NCBI GenBank assembly: GCA_021414185.1
Contig: JAIOOZ010000328.1
Span: 1-42,696, forward strand
Direction of reading: 5' to 3'
DNA: 42,696 bases
Origin: Betaproteobacteria bacterium
Lineage (GTDB): Bacteria; Pseudomonadota; Gammaproteobacteria; Burkholderiales; SG8-41
Made by a program: the position numbers and the translations under genes. Shown in pieces: positions 41,600-42,696 of this stretch (within the stretch, counting starts at the first letter, position 1; each line of letters opens with the position of its first letter). The notes beneath the pieces are model-generated. The model saw only the letters and a program-made list of their open reading frames with translations, ran no database searches and was not told where the DNA came from.

Positions 41600-42696
41600 A
41601 TGAAATTCTCGGACAACTTATTGAAAACGGTGCTTGGCCTTGTGCTTGCAGTCAGCGTCGGCTTGACCGCGAATTTCGCGGCCTGGGCGCAAAGCGCGAA
41701 CCCCGAAGCCAACGGCATCGAGGCGATAACCGTGGCCGGGCAGCAAGGCGGCAACACCGTCATTCGCATCACGCTGCGCCAGCCGCTCGCCAATCCCCCG
41801 GCCGGGTTCACCATCACCAATCCGCCGCGGATCGCATTCGACTTTCCGAATACCGTAAACGCGCTCGGCAAGAACTCGCAGGAAGTCGGCGATGGCGACC
41901 TGCGCAACATGAACATCGTGCAGGCCGGCGACCGTACCCGGCTGGTGATGAATCTCTCCAAAACGCTCGGCTACGACACCAAAATCGACGGTAAAACCCT
42001 GTTCATCACCCTGCAGACGGCCAGCGGCGACGCGGTCGCGGCAACCCCGATTACGTCGCATTTCGCGGAAGCGAAAGCGGACGACACGCGCCACACTTTG
42101 CGCGACATCAGTTTCCGCCGCGGGCCGAACGGCGAAGGCCGCATCGTGATCGACCTGTCGGACAGCAGCGTGGGCATCGATTTGCGCCAGCAGGGACGCA
42201 ACCTGATCATCGACTTCATGAACACCGCTTTGCCGAAGAACCTCGAGCGCCGCCTGGACGTGGTCGACTTCGCAACGCCGGTGCAGACCGTGGACGCATT
42301 CGTGCAAGGCGGCGGATCGCGCATTTCGATCGAGCCCAAAGGGCTGTGGGAACACTCGGCCTACCAGACGAACAACCAGTTCATCGTCGAAATCAAACCG
42401 ATCGTCGAAGACCCGACCAAGCTGATCCAGGGTTCGCGCGTCGGTTATACCGGCGAGAAGCTGTCGCTCAACTTCCAGAACGTGGAAGTGCGCGCGGTGC
42501 TGCAGGTGATCGCCGACTTCACCGGGTTCAACTTCATCACCAGCGACACGGTCGGCGGCAACCTCACGCTGCGGCTGAAGGACGTGCCGTGGGATCAGGC
42601 CCTCGACATCATCCTGCAGACCAAGGGCCTCGACATGCGCAAGAATGGCAACGTGGTGTGGATCGCGCCGCGCGACGAACTCGCCACCAAGGAAAA
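41600..42696 (+). CDS. pilQ: Type IV pilus secretin PilQ, 5' part (continues beyond the right edge)
   Basis: Not in the ORF track because it is open at the edge. AGGAGG lies 5 nt upstream of ATG 41600. My translation gives MKFSDNLLKTVLGLVLAVSVGLTANFAAWA (signal peptide). Two AMIN-like repeats follow (...VIRITLRQPL...ITNPPRIAFDFPNT and ...GEGRIVIDLSDSSVGIDLRQQGRNLIIDFMNT). Then comes the N0 domain: LSLNFQNVEVRAVLQVIADFTGFNFITSDTV...LKDVPWDQALDIILQTKGL. Confidence 0.9.
   Translation, partial: MKFSDNLLKTVLGLVLAVSVGLTANFAAWAQSANPEANGIEAITVAGQQGGNTVIRITLRQPLANPPAGFTITNPPRIAFDFPNTVNALGKNSQEVGDGDLRNMNIVQAGDRTRLVMNLSKTLGYDTKIDGKTLFITLQTASGDAVAATPITSHFAEAKADDTRHTLRDISFRRGPNGEGRIVIDLSDSSVGIDLRQQGRNLIIDFMNTALPKNLERRLDVVDFATPVQTVDAFVQGGGSRISIEPKGLWEHSAYQTNNQFIVEIKPIVEDPTKLIQGSRVGYTGEKLSLNFQNVEVRAVLQVIADFTGFNFITSDTVGGNLTLRLKDVPWDQALDIILQTKGLDMRKNGNVVWIAPRDELATKE

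Overview
GC-rich, almost fully coding chromosomal window. Gene order looks betaproteobacterium-like: dusB-fis-purH-purD-hemF, amgK-murU-pepP-ubiH, lptD-surA-pdxA-ksgA, thiD-thiE-hemL, and mrcA divergent from pilMNOPQ. The left 13.8 kb (1..13762, all on the minus strand) is the only accessory-looking part. It holds 15 tightly overlapping genes of a type II FAS/PKS-like lipid-pigment cluster. Gene order matches aryl-polyene (APE) clusters, apeC through apeQ as I recall that nomenclature. It has a short KS-like/CLF-like protein, a PlsC-type acyltransferase, two ACPs, a small membrane protein, an adenylating ligase fused to a hotdog dehydratase, and a GT2 fused to an LpxL-like acyltransferase. It continues with a thioesterase, a LolA-like protein, an MMPL exporter, a DUF3261-like lipoprotein, a KAS, a dehydratase and a ketoreductase. 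A MIO-type aromatic ammonia-lyase is embedded in the middle. The rest is housekeeping: purine, heme, thiamine, ubiquinone, peptidoglycan recycling, outer-membrane biogenesis, PBP1A and type IV pilus assembly. Two lesions sit in the normally essential lptD-surA-pdxA-ksgA operon. An exact 50-bp tandem duplication frameshifts lptD. pdxA ends right after the conserved VLAM and lacks about 50 C-terminal residues. Both could be assembly artefacts. I found no tRNA or rRNA genes, CRISPR arrays, transposases or integrases, toxin-antitoxin pairs or recognisable defence genes. I do not see a convincing wholly new system. The best candidate for unexplored biology is the ammonia-lyase-containing APE-like cluster. 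Starts were chosen by homology-like N-termini and start/stop overlaps, so several are shorter than the ORF-track maxima.
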